Origin: Candidatus Aenigmatarchaeota archaeon
Lineage (GTDB): Archaea > Aenigmatarchaeota > Aenigmatarchaeia > GW2011-AR5 > JAHLMP01
Length of the DNA: 60,982 nt
NCBI GenBank assembly: GCA_039091735.1
Contig: JAWCLB010000004.1
Span: forward strand, 1 to 60,982
Reading direction: 5' to 3'
Below the pieces are notes generated by a model. It did no database searches. It was not told the origin of the DNA and saw only the letters and a program-made list of their open reading frames with translations. The position numbers and the translations under genes were made by a program. Below are positions 27,487 to 37,068 of this stretch, piece by piece (position 1 is the stretch's first letter; the number at the start of each line of letters is the position of its first letter).

Positions 27487-28236
27487 ATGATAAACGATGC
27501 TTTTACTATATGGCTAAGAGAAATGATAAGATTCTGGCGTGCAAAATCAAGGGTTATTGGAAGCTTGGCAATGCCATTCTTCTGGCTGGCTATAATGGGG
27601 GTTGGATTTAATAATATGGTGCCAAATGTCGGAGGTACAAACTATATGACATTTATGTTTCCTGGAATACTTGGGATGACACTTCTTTTCTCATCAATGT
27701 TTTCAGGGATATCTGTTATTATTGATAGACAATTTGGTTTTTTGAAGGAAATCCTGGTAGCGCCCATTTCTCGTTTGTCAATAATGCTTGGAAAAACCTT
27801 AGGTGGTTCAACAACTGCTATTATAAATGGCTTAATAATGCTGGTTCTAGCAATGTTAATAGGAATACAGGTTATTAGTCTTGTTGGTATCTTTCTTTCT
27901 CTTGTTTTTATGTTTTTGATATCAGTAAGTTTTGTGTCACTTGGTGTGGCAATTGCATCGAGAATGAGTGATATGAGCGGTTTTCAAGTAATTATGAATT
28001 TCTTCATAATGCCAATGTTCTTTTTGTCTGGTGCATTGTTTCCGATAAATCAGACACCATTGTGGATGCAGTCTCTTGCTTACATAAACCCGTTATTCTA
28101 TGGTATCGATGGGCTGCGTGGCTCGCTTATTGGTGTGTCAGTTTTTTCAATTCTAATAGATTTTATTGTTTTGTCTATATTCTGCGCGGTTTTGATATTT
28201 ATAGGAGCATACCTCTTTATAAAAAGCGAGATTTGA
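27487..28236 (+). CDS. ABC-2 exporter permease
   Basis: Six-TM pattern, DRQFGFLKEILVAP, PMFFLSGALFP, NPLFY. Confidence 0.92.
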   Translation: MINDAFTIWLREMIRFWRAKSRVIGSLAMPFFWLAIMGVGFNNMVPNVGGTNYMTFMFPGILGMTLLFSSMFSGISVIIDRQFGFLKEILVAPISRLSIMLGKTLGGSTTAIINGLIMLVLAMLIGIQVISLVGIFLSLVFMFLISVSFVSLGVAIASRMSDMSGFQVIMNFFIMPMFFLSGALFPINQTPLWMQSLAYINPLFYGIDGLRGSLIGVSVFSILIDFIVLSIFCAVLIFIGAYLFIKSEI

Positions 28237-28322
28237 TTATATTTAAATCATGAATGTGAACAGACCTAAGAGATTCATTACATTTTTATATTACATAACC
28301 AACGAAGTACTTCTCTTTAAAA

Positions 28323-29222
28323 TTAGCGAATCTTTTTGTCAAGCCATTTGAAAATCTTAGAAAAGATTTTGTATGCTATGAAAACAGGTATCAGCACTAT
28401 GATTGCATAAATTATCCAAACAATTACCTTGACAATTAATACAATAGGTGTTGATATCAAATCAATACCAGCATTAACAATTTCATTTACGCTATTTCTT
28501 AGTTTTGTCATGAGCTCTCTTCCTTTATCCTCAGGCATAATCTTTATCGGCTTTTCTTGTAATATGCTTATGGTTATGCTGGCATACCTTGCCCTTTCTT
28601 CTATTTGCTCGACAGAATAGCCATAGCTCTTCAACAGTCTCATTACTTCAAGCTTCTTTTCAGTTATCATAAGTATTGTATCAATTGTAGTTTCGTTCAC
28701 GCTCATAGCCTCTGCCCTTGCCATAAGTCTGTCATAAATAGCCAATGCATCAAGCAAGATTTCTATTTCATCCTTCTGCTTTTCAACACTTACTCTGTAA
28801 AATGCAAGGTTAGTATTTTTTACATCAAAATTCTTGATGAGCCAGTCTGCAAATGATTCAAAGGACTCGGAGGGGATTTTAAGAGTTGATGTTATTCTTA
28901 TACTTTTAAAATCCTCACTTTTGCTCATCGCTTCGGACCATCCGCCAAGAGCCTCTGCCCTCTGCTTTATTCTTTCGTAATCAAGTTCAGATTCTGATGA
29001 TTTTATTTCAGCATAGCCCTCTTTGAGTTCATATTCTGTTTTTTCTAGAGTTTTCGATTCTTCATAAAATGTTCTGTATTCTTTAGGGGTTTGTGTCTCA
29101 ATATACATTTTGCTTGTTGTCAACGCACCTGCAAACAGGAAGAAGAAGGCACACAAAACAAGCAATGCTATTAGTATCAATAAAAACCTATGCTTTATCA
29201 ATTCATCTTTTTTTATTCTCAA
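28323..29222 (-). CDS. DUF4349-like membrane protein
   Basis: N-terminal TM, TLKIPSESF, coiled coil, YASITISI, C-terminal TM. Confidence 0.7.
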   Translation of the reverse strand: MRIKKDELIKHRFLLILIALLVLCAFFFLFAGALTTSKMYIETQTPKEYRTFYEESKTLEKTEYELKEGYAEIKSSESELDYERIKQRAEALGGWSEAMSKSEDFKSIRITSTLKIPSESFESFADWLIKNFDVKNTNLAFYRVSVEKQKDEIEILLDALAIYDRLMARAEAMSVNETTIDTILMITEKKLEVMRLLKSYGYSVEQIEERARYASITISILQEKPIKIMPEDKGRELMTKLRNSVNEIVNAGIDLISTPIVLIVKVIVWIIYAIIVLIPVFIAYKIFSKIFKWLDKKIR

Positions 29223-29391
29223 TTATCTCACCATTTTAATGATCTCTTTAGGCCTGCGGTGCAAAGCTTCTGCCTAAGCTTGTGGACAAATGGGCAATTT
29301 CAATAGCATATCTTAGGCCAATCCTGTTATGAATATCTATATATAAGTGTATTTATATTTATGAGACTTTTTAAGTATTACGCAATAGCTT

Positions 29392-30655
29392 TTATTCTGT
29401 TGGATTAATAACCCTTCCTAAGAATAAAATGTTCCCTGTATCTTTTTGCTGTATTATAAATATGAATGGATGATCTGCTATAAAGATTTTTCTTGGCATT
29501 ATTGCTATCCCTACTATCACAGCAGTAGCAGCAGCTGCTTCTGTTCCTTTTTCATCAACCTTAACATAAGCTTGATGAATTACTTCGCTAATATAAAGAT
29601 TTTTCATTCCATCCATTCCAGAAAAGTCTGCATTGGAAAATGCTAATGGCATTCCCATTGCACTAAGCGTTTCTTTCATAAAATATTTTGTGTCAAACTC
29701 AAATTTTGGTATATAGATAGCTTCCAATTTCGTTTTTTGCATCTTGCTTTTATATTCCTCAAGTTTTTCAGCAGTTAGCTCAATGTCATCAAGTGTGTAA
29801 TTAAATGCACCTTGCTTTGGAAGCAATATCAACATTGAAATTTTTTCGCCTTTGTAAGGCAGTTCTAAAATCTGCACTTTTTCTAAATCAGCATAATTGA
29901 ATTCTGCCTTATCTGGCTCCATATACATCATCTGAGCCTTTACAACATTTGTTGGGGTTATTTTAAAGTCCATTTCCTTCGTATCTTTTGGGTCAAATTG
30001 CCATATCCATGTTCCCTTAAAGTATATGGCATTCGTTATAACCAATCTAGTATAAGGGTCGAGAGCTCCCTGTGGAATTAAATCTTTGATTTTATTATTT
30101 GTTTGCTCTTCTATGAAGGCATTGATTGTCTGTCTTGACTTTTCTGTTTCTTTAATAAAATCCAAATTTGTTGCCTTTCCACCATAATATCTTTCAACCC
30201 TGCTTGTGTAATCTTCAAGCAAGGGATAATCCTGCTGAACCCACAATGCATTTCCTGTCCTCAGCTCATAATCTTTGTGCCCTTCATTAATTTTATTATA
30301 AATTGCAGCGAAATTCGGTCTTAATATATCCTTTTCAGGAAAATGAAAAACGTTTTTTATTTCTTTTTCTGTTTCTCCTCTTGCTCCTTCATAAGTCATT
30401 GCTAAGGCAGCAGAGATGCTATAAGGAGAGTAGAAGATGTTTCCTTTTTCAGATTTAGTTAACTCATGATATAGGTCAAAAGCGAAGTTATTATTTGCGT
30501 TAACTAACTCTTGAATTCCTTGTGGTGTTGAGCCAGTATCATCTGCCTTTGGTGGTTGTTTTGGCTCATAAGGAAATAGGAATAAAAATATGGTAGCGCT
30601 TACTACTCCTACAAAAAGGAGCGCTATTACGATTGTTAAGATTTTTTTTGTTCAT
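29392..30655 (-). CDS. Serpin (inhibitory-type hinge) with N-terminal membrane anchor; ATG out of frame at an A8 run
   Basis: NAIYFKGTW, VDEKGTEAAAATAV, FIADHPF. The serpin frame stays open upstream of 30399 (TM segment, ANNNFAFDLY, NIFYSPYSI), but ATG 30655 is offset by one base. Confidence 0.88.
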
Positions 30656-30694
30656 AAAATTCAACATATACATATTTTTATTTATTTAAATGTG

Positions 30695-31024
30695 TTATAT
30701 ATCCTGCTGTTCGATTTTTTTATCTCTCTTTATCTCATCCCTCATTCTCGGCACTCTTATAAGATAACCACACTTTTTGCATTTTATTGAGAAAGGTCTT
30801 TTCCACGAAGTTTCTTGGTAATCGTATTGACCACATTCTGGACATATGTATTCACATCTCGCTACATTGTCTTTCAGCACTAGTATTCTTAAAGTTCCTT
30901 TGTATTCATCTACGCTATTTTTTACGCTCCTGTTAGTGTGATAAATACAGTCCCTTGGCCTGATACCATTTTCATCAATGAACTTTTGTATTTTAGTTAA
31001 TTCCTGAGCTGCCATTTGAATCAT
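30695..31024 (-). CDS. Zn-ribbon hypothetical protein
   Basis: YICPECG and CKKCG pairs; overlaps the rpl11 stop. Confidence 0.8.
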   Translation of the reverse strand: MIQMAAQELTKIQKFIDENGIRPRDCIYHTNRSVKNSVDEYKGTLRILVLKDNVARCEYICPECGQYDYQETSWKRPFSIKCKKCGYLIRVPRMRDEIKRDKKIEQQDI

Positions 31025-31500
31025 TCTTTTATTTCTATTTTCCCTTGATTTATTTCCTTTATTATTTCTCTAGGATCTTTATTCTCAACTGTTACACCAC
31101 AAGATAGGCATGTACCTAAGACTTGCTTTACCCTTGCTTTTAAATCTCCTAACATCTTCTTATTTTTTGCTATTTTAATCACTTGTTCTAATGATAGATT
31201 TCCAACCTTTTCTGCAGACCTTCCAGACTCATCCTTGCCAAGGCCAGCAAGCCTTTCTACACCGAGCTCCTTTTTTATTAATTGTGAGACAGGAGGTGAG
31301 CCAACCTCGATCGCAAATTCCTTTGTCTTTTCATTTACAGTAATCTTAACAGGAACCTGCATCCCCATAAACGCTTGAGTTTTTTTGTTTATCTCTTCCA
31401 CAACCTTTCCAGTATTCACACCCAAAGGGCCTAGCTGCGGTCCTAATGGCGGTGCAGCAGTTGCCTTTCCTCCCTCAACAAGCACCTCTATTGTTTTCAT
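31021..31500 (-). CDS. rpl11: 50S ribosomal protein L11 (uL11)
   Basis: [37 protein letters not shown]. Confidence 0.96.
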   Translation of the reverse strand: MKTIEVLVEGGKATAAPPLGPQLGPLGVNTGKVVEEINKKTQAFMGMQVPVKITVNEKTKEFAIEVGSPPVSQLIKKELGVERLAGLGKDESGRSAEKVGNLSLEQVIKIAKNKKMLGDLKARVKQVLGTCLSCGVTVENKDPREIIKEINQGKIEIKE

Positions 31501-31635
31501 CTGTATATCTTTTTCAATTATTTATTTAAAGGTTTGTTAGGTATATCTTCTACCTAAATAATAAATAAAAGTTGCTGAGTAGTAATATGAAGGTCTAGAA
31601 TTGCGAAGTAAATAGGAGAAGTCAAGCATTGAAAG

Positions 31636-32508
31636 CTATATTAATTCATATTCCCCAATTTCAAAATTAGGCACCAGCCAAATTCTGATTTTTATTTTAG
31701 AATTTTCCCTTAATCCAGGAAGTGTCTTCTCAATTATTTTATCAGTTCTTTGTGGTAGATGATAAATGATATAATTGCCTTCTATTTCAGCAGGCCTCTT
31801 GCCATATTGCGGAGCAGAAGCGGGACACGCAGGAGCTTGACATCCTTCTTGCACACAAGATCTATTCTTAAAAACCCAGCCAACAGGGCAACTTGGCATC
31901 AAATCTTCCCTAAGTTTAGCTGGTCTAGCGCTATACTTTAAGTTGAACTCAAGTACATCATCCTCCATCACAAAAGAAGAGATTGATAGTTTTGATCCAA
32001 AACGATCTTGCAAATCTTTTTGTAGTTCTTCAATATCCTTTCGAGTAATTTCTGGACTGAATACACCATAAAACAGGTACCTTATTTCAGACCTTCCTTG
32101 TGAAGTTTCTGGCCCTATCCAAACTGCAGACTTTTCACATTTACTAATTGATTCTATGTAAGGACTTTTTTCTTGCTCCAGAAAATTTTTAACTCTCTCA
32201 CATGCACTTATATCACTAAAGTAAGTACTGTAAAAAGATGGTGGAAGTTCGTAACTACTTTTATTAACAACTTTGTCTATTCTGATAGTTACCCTATCCA
32301 TAGGACAAACTTCTGGCGCTTCACAATCTGAATGTATATCATCAAGGAATAAAGAAATCACAGTAGCTTCTACATCTGCGTAAGGCGCAGGAGCTATATC
32401 TGGTTCTAATCTTTCTGTATATTTTTGAGTAGGAAAAGAAGTGAAAACTATTGCAACTATAGCTAACACAATAGCAATCCCAACAATCAAATAATATCTT
32501 TGTTTCAT
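31636..32508 (-). CDS. Membrane-anchored secreted hypothetical protein
   Basis: N-terminal TM; paired Cys; long clean ORF. Confidence 0.75.
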   Translation of the reverse strand: MKQRYYLIVGIAIVLAIVAIVFTSFPTQKYTERLEPDIAPAPYADVEATVISLFLDDIHSDCEAPEVCPMDRVTIRIDKVVNKSSYELPPSFYSTYFSDISACERVKNFLEQEKSPYIESISKCEKSAVWIGPETSQGRSEIRYLFYGVFSPEITRKDIEELQKDLQDRFGSKLSISSFVMEDDVLEFNLKYSARPAKLREDLMPSCPVGWVFKNRSCVQEGCQAPACPASAPQYGKRPAEIEGNYIIYHLPQRTDKIIEKTLPGLRENSKIKIRIWLVPNFEIGEYELI

Positions 32509-32600
32509 ATTTTATCTACATAATTCTATAGTAAATAACTTAAAATCTCTTTGTTTTTTTATGTGTTTTGATTTCTTAGATTTAACTACATTAATATTAG

Positions 32601-32763
32601 CGCCGGGAGCAGGATTCTCGCAATCAAAAATTCGAACCTGCGCGAGCAAAAGCTCACTAGCTCTCAAGGCTAGCGCGTTTAGCCCTTTTCGTTGGACCAA
32701 TAGAGACGCTCAATCATCTTGCAAGGCAATCATACCTTGAGGCGTTTGCTCCGCCATCCCGGC
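32601..32763 (-). tRNA. tRNA-Ser(TGA) with three non-canonical introns (D-loop about 32700-32746; 21/22 at 32679-32692; 59/60 at 32615-32630)
   Basis: GCCGGGA/TCCCGGC-G acceptor, CTAGC-CT-TGA-GA-GCTAG anticodon arm, long variable arm GAGC-TTTT-GCTC; BHB-like motifs at each insert; spliced length 86 nt. Confidence 0.88.
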
Positions 32764-32801
32764 AATTCTAATATCTTATCCTTAAATAAATAAAAAATAA
32801 T

Positions 32802-33021
32802 GGCTCTCATTAAGGATAGAGGTCTTCATGTCCAAAATTGATAATTTTTTAAGTATTGTAAAAAGTGACTACAATAAGACAAGAAATAACATCATTTTTC
32901 CATCTTTCCTCTAAACATTTTAATGCAATTTTCTTCCGTAAGACTGAATATACTTTTGCATTGTTAATTTTATTTTTAAATAAATCACAAACTAATGGCA
33001 CACGTTAATAAAATATGAGCC
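32802..33021 (-). mobile_element. IS1595-family internal-deletion derivative (MITE-like, 220 bp)
   Basis: Ends GGCTC...GAGCC; perfect 8-bp direct repeat AAAATAAT at 32794-32801 and 33022-33029; degraded transposase start KSIFSLTEENCIKMFR..WKNDVI.C resembles the 7296 remnant. Confidence 0.72.
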
Positions 33022-33151
33022 AAAATAATTTTTTATGGATTTTTACCGAGATAAAGTACTTGAGAATGTAAAAATAAGTTTAAAAATCTATCTTAAAATT
33101 TTTAAACACTCTTGCATAAAAATATTGTGTAGGATAAATGAAGTGGAATAA

Positions 33152-33673
33152 ATGAATATTGTGTCTGAGATTTTATGTGCTTTGTGGTTCATATTGCCTG
33201 CTTATGCTGCAAACGCCTTTCCACCACTAATGAAGGGAAAGATTCCAATAGACCGCGGTAAAAAACTAGGAAAGTATAGAATACTTGGTGACGGAAAGAC
33301 AGTAGAAGGAACACTTGGTGGAATAGCATTTGGTATTTTTATTGGATTAACACAAATATTCTTTCAGTCAAAAATCCCAAGGAGCATGGGTTTAGTTGAG
33401 ATGACCCTTCCCTTGATTTTAGCTTTAAGCATTGGTGCATTGACTGGTGATATTATAGGCTCTTTCATTAAGAGGAGATTAGGAATAGAAAGAGGAAGAC
33501 CAGCACCATTATTGGATCAGTTAGATTTCCTTGCTTTGGCAATTTTGTTCTCAAGCTTGCTAACAAGAATTAAAATTTTGCACATCTTTTTATTAATTAT
33601 TTTGACCCCTATTATACATTATTCAGCAAATATCCTTGGTTATTTATTAAGAATAAAAAGGGTTCCTTACTGA
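33152..33673 (+). CDS. carS: CDP-archaeol synthase
   Basis: PAYAANAFP, PIDRG, LGDGKTVEG, GDIIGSFIKRR, LDQLDF. Confidence 0.93.
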   Translation: MNIVSEILCALWFILPAYAANAFPPLMKGKIPIDRGKKLGKYRILGDGKTVEGTLGGIAFGIFIGLTQIFFQSKIPRSMGLVEMTLPLILALSIGALTGDIIGSFIKRRLGIERGRPAPLLDQLDFLALAILFSSLLTRIKILHIFLLIILTPIIHYSANILGYLLRIKRVPY

Positions 33674-33832
33674 TAAAGGTTTGCTATTAAATCGCATAAT
33701 GCATTTCATAGTAATCATTAAATTGTCGGAAAAACAAACAAAAATTGTTGATAAAACAGCAAATAGTTTTTGATGAGTTTTGAAATTAAAAAGGCAAAAT
33801 ATTGCTTATTTCGGCCCAATTAGTATCGTTAA

Positions 33833-34369
33833 TTAAGCAACATTTAGAACCTTTCTTAAAATAAGATTAGAAACAATTAGCATAATAAGAAAAAACCAGA
33901 ACCAACTGAGAAATCCAAAAAATCTGAAATCAGGAATTTGCGAAAAATAATCAGCAAACCACCTGAATAAAAGTATGAGTGGAATGAAGGTATATATTGT
34001 TGGCCGCATCGTGAGCCTCATCATTGGTCCAATAAATTCAACTTGCTTTTTCTGAAGCTCCGCCAACTTTTCTGGGTTATCCTTAACCCTTTTCATCTCT
34101 TCGGCAAGCCTTTTTTGCTCTTTTTTCATATCTCTAATAGCTTCTTGGTCTGTACCATATTTCTGGGCAAGTGTTGTGAGAATGCTAATTATGAAAATAA
34201 GAATCAAGAAGCCCATTGTTAGGTTCCAATCCAAGAGGGGAGAAATTATGTGATCTAAAAGAACATGTACAGTATTTTTGATTAGTGGAACACTATCCCA
34301 TAAAAAGGCAATTGCTATTGATGCAATCATTATGATAAGTAGTGGAGCAAAGACATCCCTTCCGTTCAT
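33833..34369 (-). CDS. EMC3/TMCO1 (DUF106, Oxa1 superfamily) membrane protein
   Basis: TM - coiled coil - MRPTIYTFIP - GFLSWFWF - RKVL pattern. Confidence 0.85.
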   Translation of the reverse strand: MNGRDVFAPLLIIMIASIAIAFLWDSVPLIKNTVHVLLDHIISPLLDWNLTMGFLILIFIISILTTLAQKYGTDQEAIRDMKKEQKRLAEEMKRVKDNPEKLAELQKKQVEFIGPMMRLTMRPTIYTFIPLILLFRWFADYFSQIPDFRFFGFLSWFWFFLIMLIVSNLILRKVLNVA

Positions 34370-34495
34370 TCTATTAAATAGGAGATTAATCTTTAAATAA
34401 AGAAGGCAATGCAAAAGCATGCCATTTTTATGCATCCCAACTTAAAAAAGCAGATGCTAAAGGCAATAGGGTGCAACCTTTTGCCATTTAAATTA

Positions 34496-34897
34496 CTATT
34501 CAAATTCAATTATTGTTACAATTAGGTTTCGTTTTCTTGGCACGACATCAAACTCAATTAATAGAATTCTTTGCCACGTTCCGAGCATAAGTTCTCCTTC
34601 ATGCACTGGAATACTTATTTCAGGTTTTAAAAGCATTGCCCTGAGATGAGAAGATGCATTTGATGGATGATGATAAATTTTCTTCTCGTCTACTATGTCC
34701 TTAAAGAACTTCTTTATATCTTCAAAAAGCATCATATCAAACTCGTTTACGAAAAGACCAGAAGTAGTGGACTGCAAAAAGATGTTGCACATGCCTTCAG
34801 AAATCTCAGATTTTTTTACTATTGCTGTTATCTTTGGTGTTATATCCTCTATGTGAATTCCTTTTTTGGTTTCAATTTCAAGGGTTTCCTTATACAT
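34496..34897 (-). CDS. YjbQ/UPF0047 family protein
   Basis: DITPKI, TTSGLFVNE, NASSHLRA, LGTWQRILLIEFD. Confidence 0.9.
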   Translation of the reverse strand: MYKETLEIETKKGIHIEDITPKITAIVKKSEISEGMCNIFLQSTTSGLFVNEFDMMLFEDIKKFFKDIVDEKKIYHHPSNASSHLRAMLLKPEISIPVHEGELMLGTWQRILLIEFDVVPRKRNLIVTIIEFE

Positions 34898-35128
34898 GAT
34901 AATATCTTTGTTGCCTACTAATTTAAGTTTTTTATGACAATTATCTCTTTTCAAAATTCTGTTGATGAGATATCATTAGGTTTATAAAGAGAATTAGGAA
35001 ATTTTTTTTACAAAATCTTTGATAGGTTTATAGAGATCTTATCAAGATCGAGTATATTACTGAACAACATAAAATTTAAAAATTTCAGGATAATAATATT
35101 TTTACAGCGTTATTTTTTGAGTGGTATT

Positions 35129-35599
35129 ATGATGTGGAGAGACCCATTTGAGGAGTTGAAGAGATTCAGAAGAGAGATGAATCGCTTATTTGATTCGTTT
35201 TTTGGTAGCGAATTTGCTGAGAGGGCATTGCCAGATATGAGCAGCATGAAAAAAGAGATGCAACTCTTTAGGCAGCCTTTATCTGATTTGAAAGAAACAG
35301 ATAAAGAATTTATAGCCTTAATAGAAATTCCTGGAGTTGATAAGAAAGACATACAGCTGCAAATAACAGAAAACACACTTGAGGTTAAAGCAGAAAAAAA
35401 GCATGAAATTAAAATAGAGAAAGAAGGCTATTTGAGAGCAGAGAGAGCATACAAAGGATTTTACAGGGCAATTCCTTTACCAACAAGGGTTATACCAGAG
35501 CAAGCCACAGCATCTTACAAGAATGGCGTTTTAGAGGTTGTTATGCCAAAGGCAGAAAAAAAGAAGCCCGAAAAGGCAAGAAAGATAGAAATACAATAA
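35129..35599 (+). CDS. hsp20: Small heat shock protein Hsp20
   Basis: EIPGVDKKDI, FYRAIPLP, ASYKNGVLEV. Confidence 0.95.
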   Translation: MMWRDPFEELKRFRREMNRLFDSFFGSEFAERALPDMSSMKKEMQLFRQPLSDLKETDKEFIALIEIPGVDKKDIQLQITENTLEVKAEKKHEIKIEKEGYLRAERAYKGFYRAIPLPTRVIPEQATASYKNGVLEVVMPKAEKKKPEKARKIEIQ

Positions 35600-35623
35600 C
35601 GTCTCATAAACCTTATCCTTAAA

Positions 35624-36226
35624 GTGATTGCTGTGCCCAATAGTGATATCAATCAAAAGCTCAGTAAGACTACTGAAAAATTATCAAAAGAGCAATTGAA
35701 GAAAAAAATTGAAAATCTACAAAAAGATTTAGAAGAAAAAACAAGGCTTGCTGAAGAGAGTCTAAATCAAATAAAATATTTGCAGGCAGATTTTGATAAT
35801 TACAGAAAAAGTTTAGAGAAAGAAAAGGAAAAAATAAGAGAGTTTGCAAACGAGAGCCTAATTAAGGAGCTTTTAATAATCCTTGATGATTTTGAAAGTG
35901 CATTGCATTTTGTTGAAAACGAAAAAAGCAAGGAAGGTTTAAACATGCTTTATAGAAAATTTTTTAAGATATTAGAGGATCATGGGTTAAAGAAGATTGA
36001 AGCATTAGGCAAAAAATTCGATCCATATTATCACGAAGCGATATTAAAGGAGAGGTCAGACAAAGACGATGGAATAATTTTAGAGGAGATTCAGCCAGGC
36101 TATATGCTTAAATCAAAGGTCATAAGACACTCAAAGGTAAAGGTCGCTGAAAATAAGCCATCTAAAAGCGACGAAGATAAAAATCACAAAGAAAAGCTTG
36201 AAAATGAGATAAAGAACGATAGTTAG
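35624..36226 (+). CDS. grpE: Nucleotide exchange factor GrpE
   Basis: YLQADFDNYRK, FDPYYHEA, QPGYML...IRHSKVKV. Confidence 0.95.
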   Translation: MIAVPNSDINQKLSKTTEKLSKEQLKKKIENLQKDLEEKTRLAEESLNQIKYLQADFDNYRKSLEKEKEKIREFANESLIKELLIILDDFESALHFVENEKSKEGLNMLYRKFFKILEDHGLKKIEALGKKFDPYYHEAILKERSDKDDGIILEEIQPGYMLKSKVIRHSKVKVAENKPSKSDEDKNHKEKLENEIKNDS

Positions 36227-36555
36227 CACTCAAAAAAGATTAAAAATGCATAATCCAAAGCTTCTTGACATAAAAAGCTCATAAATAAAGTAAGAGGACA
36301 ATCTTATAACTTTAAAGAGAAAGCCTGCTGAGAAATTTAATGTTGATTTCGTATGCTCGATTACAACCTGAATTTTTACAAGACTTATTACAGGAATAGA
36401 AGAAAATAAGAAAAATTCCTTTGTGTGGTTATAAGAGATAACAGAATTTAAATGAAAAATTTTCCAGGCAGAAAATACAAAGTTGCTAGAAAGGATGGCA
36501 TGTAATTGAAAAGGAAATTAAGGATTTAAAAAATTTTTAAAGAGATAGTTAAAAA

Positions 36556-36879
36556 ATGGTAAAGTTAATTAAAGAAGAAAATTTCCCAGAGATAATAACA
36601 TTGTGTGGAAGTACAAAATTTAAAAAAGAGTATTTAGAAGTTATGAAAAGATTGACATTAGAAGGGAAAATTGTTATTCCTGTTGGATTATATCTGCATG
36701 CAGGAGACGAAATAACAGATGAGCAAAAAGAGATGCTTGATGAATTACATCTAAGAAAAATAGATATATCAGATAGCATTTACGTCATTAATAAAAATGG
36801 ATATATAGGAGAAAGCACAAAAAGAGAAATTATGTATGCTCAGAGGATGGGTAAAAAAATTTATTTTTTAGAAGAATAA
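36556..36879 (+). CDS. Hypothetical protein, nucleoside deoxyribosyltransferase-like fold
   Basis: ITLCGS...HLRKIDISDSIYVINKNGYIGESTKREI.YA...GKKI; AT-rich insertion. Confidence 0.7.
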   Translation: MVKLIKEENFPEIITLCGSTKFKKEYLEVMKRLTLEGKIVIPVGLYLHAGDEITDEQKEMLDELHLRKIDISDSIYVINKNGYIGESTKREIMYAQRMGKKIYFLEE

Positions 36880-37068
36880 ACATAAATGAAGCTAAGGATT
36901 TATAATTGCTTTAAAAGAAATTAAAATAAAACCTAAGGAGAAGGGCTTAAAGAGCTATTATCATTTACGATTTAAACTTTTACAAAAAAATAAAGGTTAA
37001 TGAGGCAAAGAGGAATTGAAAAAAAGATATTGCTATAATATCATTGAAAAGGTATAGGGGTGTTAAAA

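Noticed and set aside
32512-32700. 62-aa ORF in the ORF track
   Set aside because: Overlaps tRNA-Ser; spurious.
35035-35049. Palindrome GATCTT-ATC-AAGATC upstream of hsp20 as a heat-shock operator
   Set aside because: Only 6-bp arms, and no second copy seen before grpE, dnaK or dnaJ.
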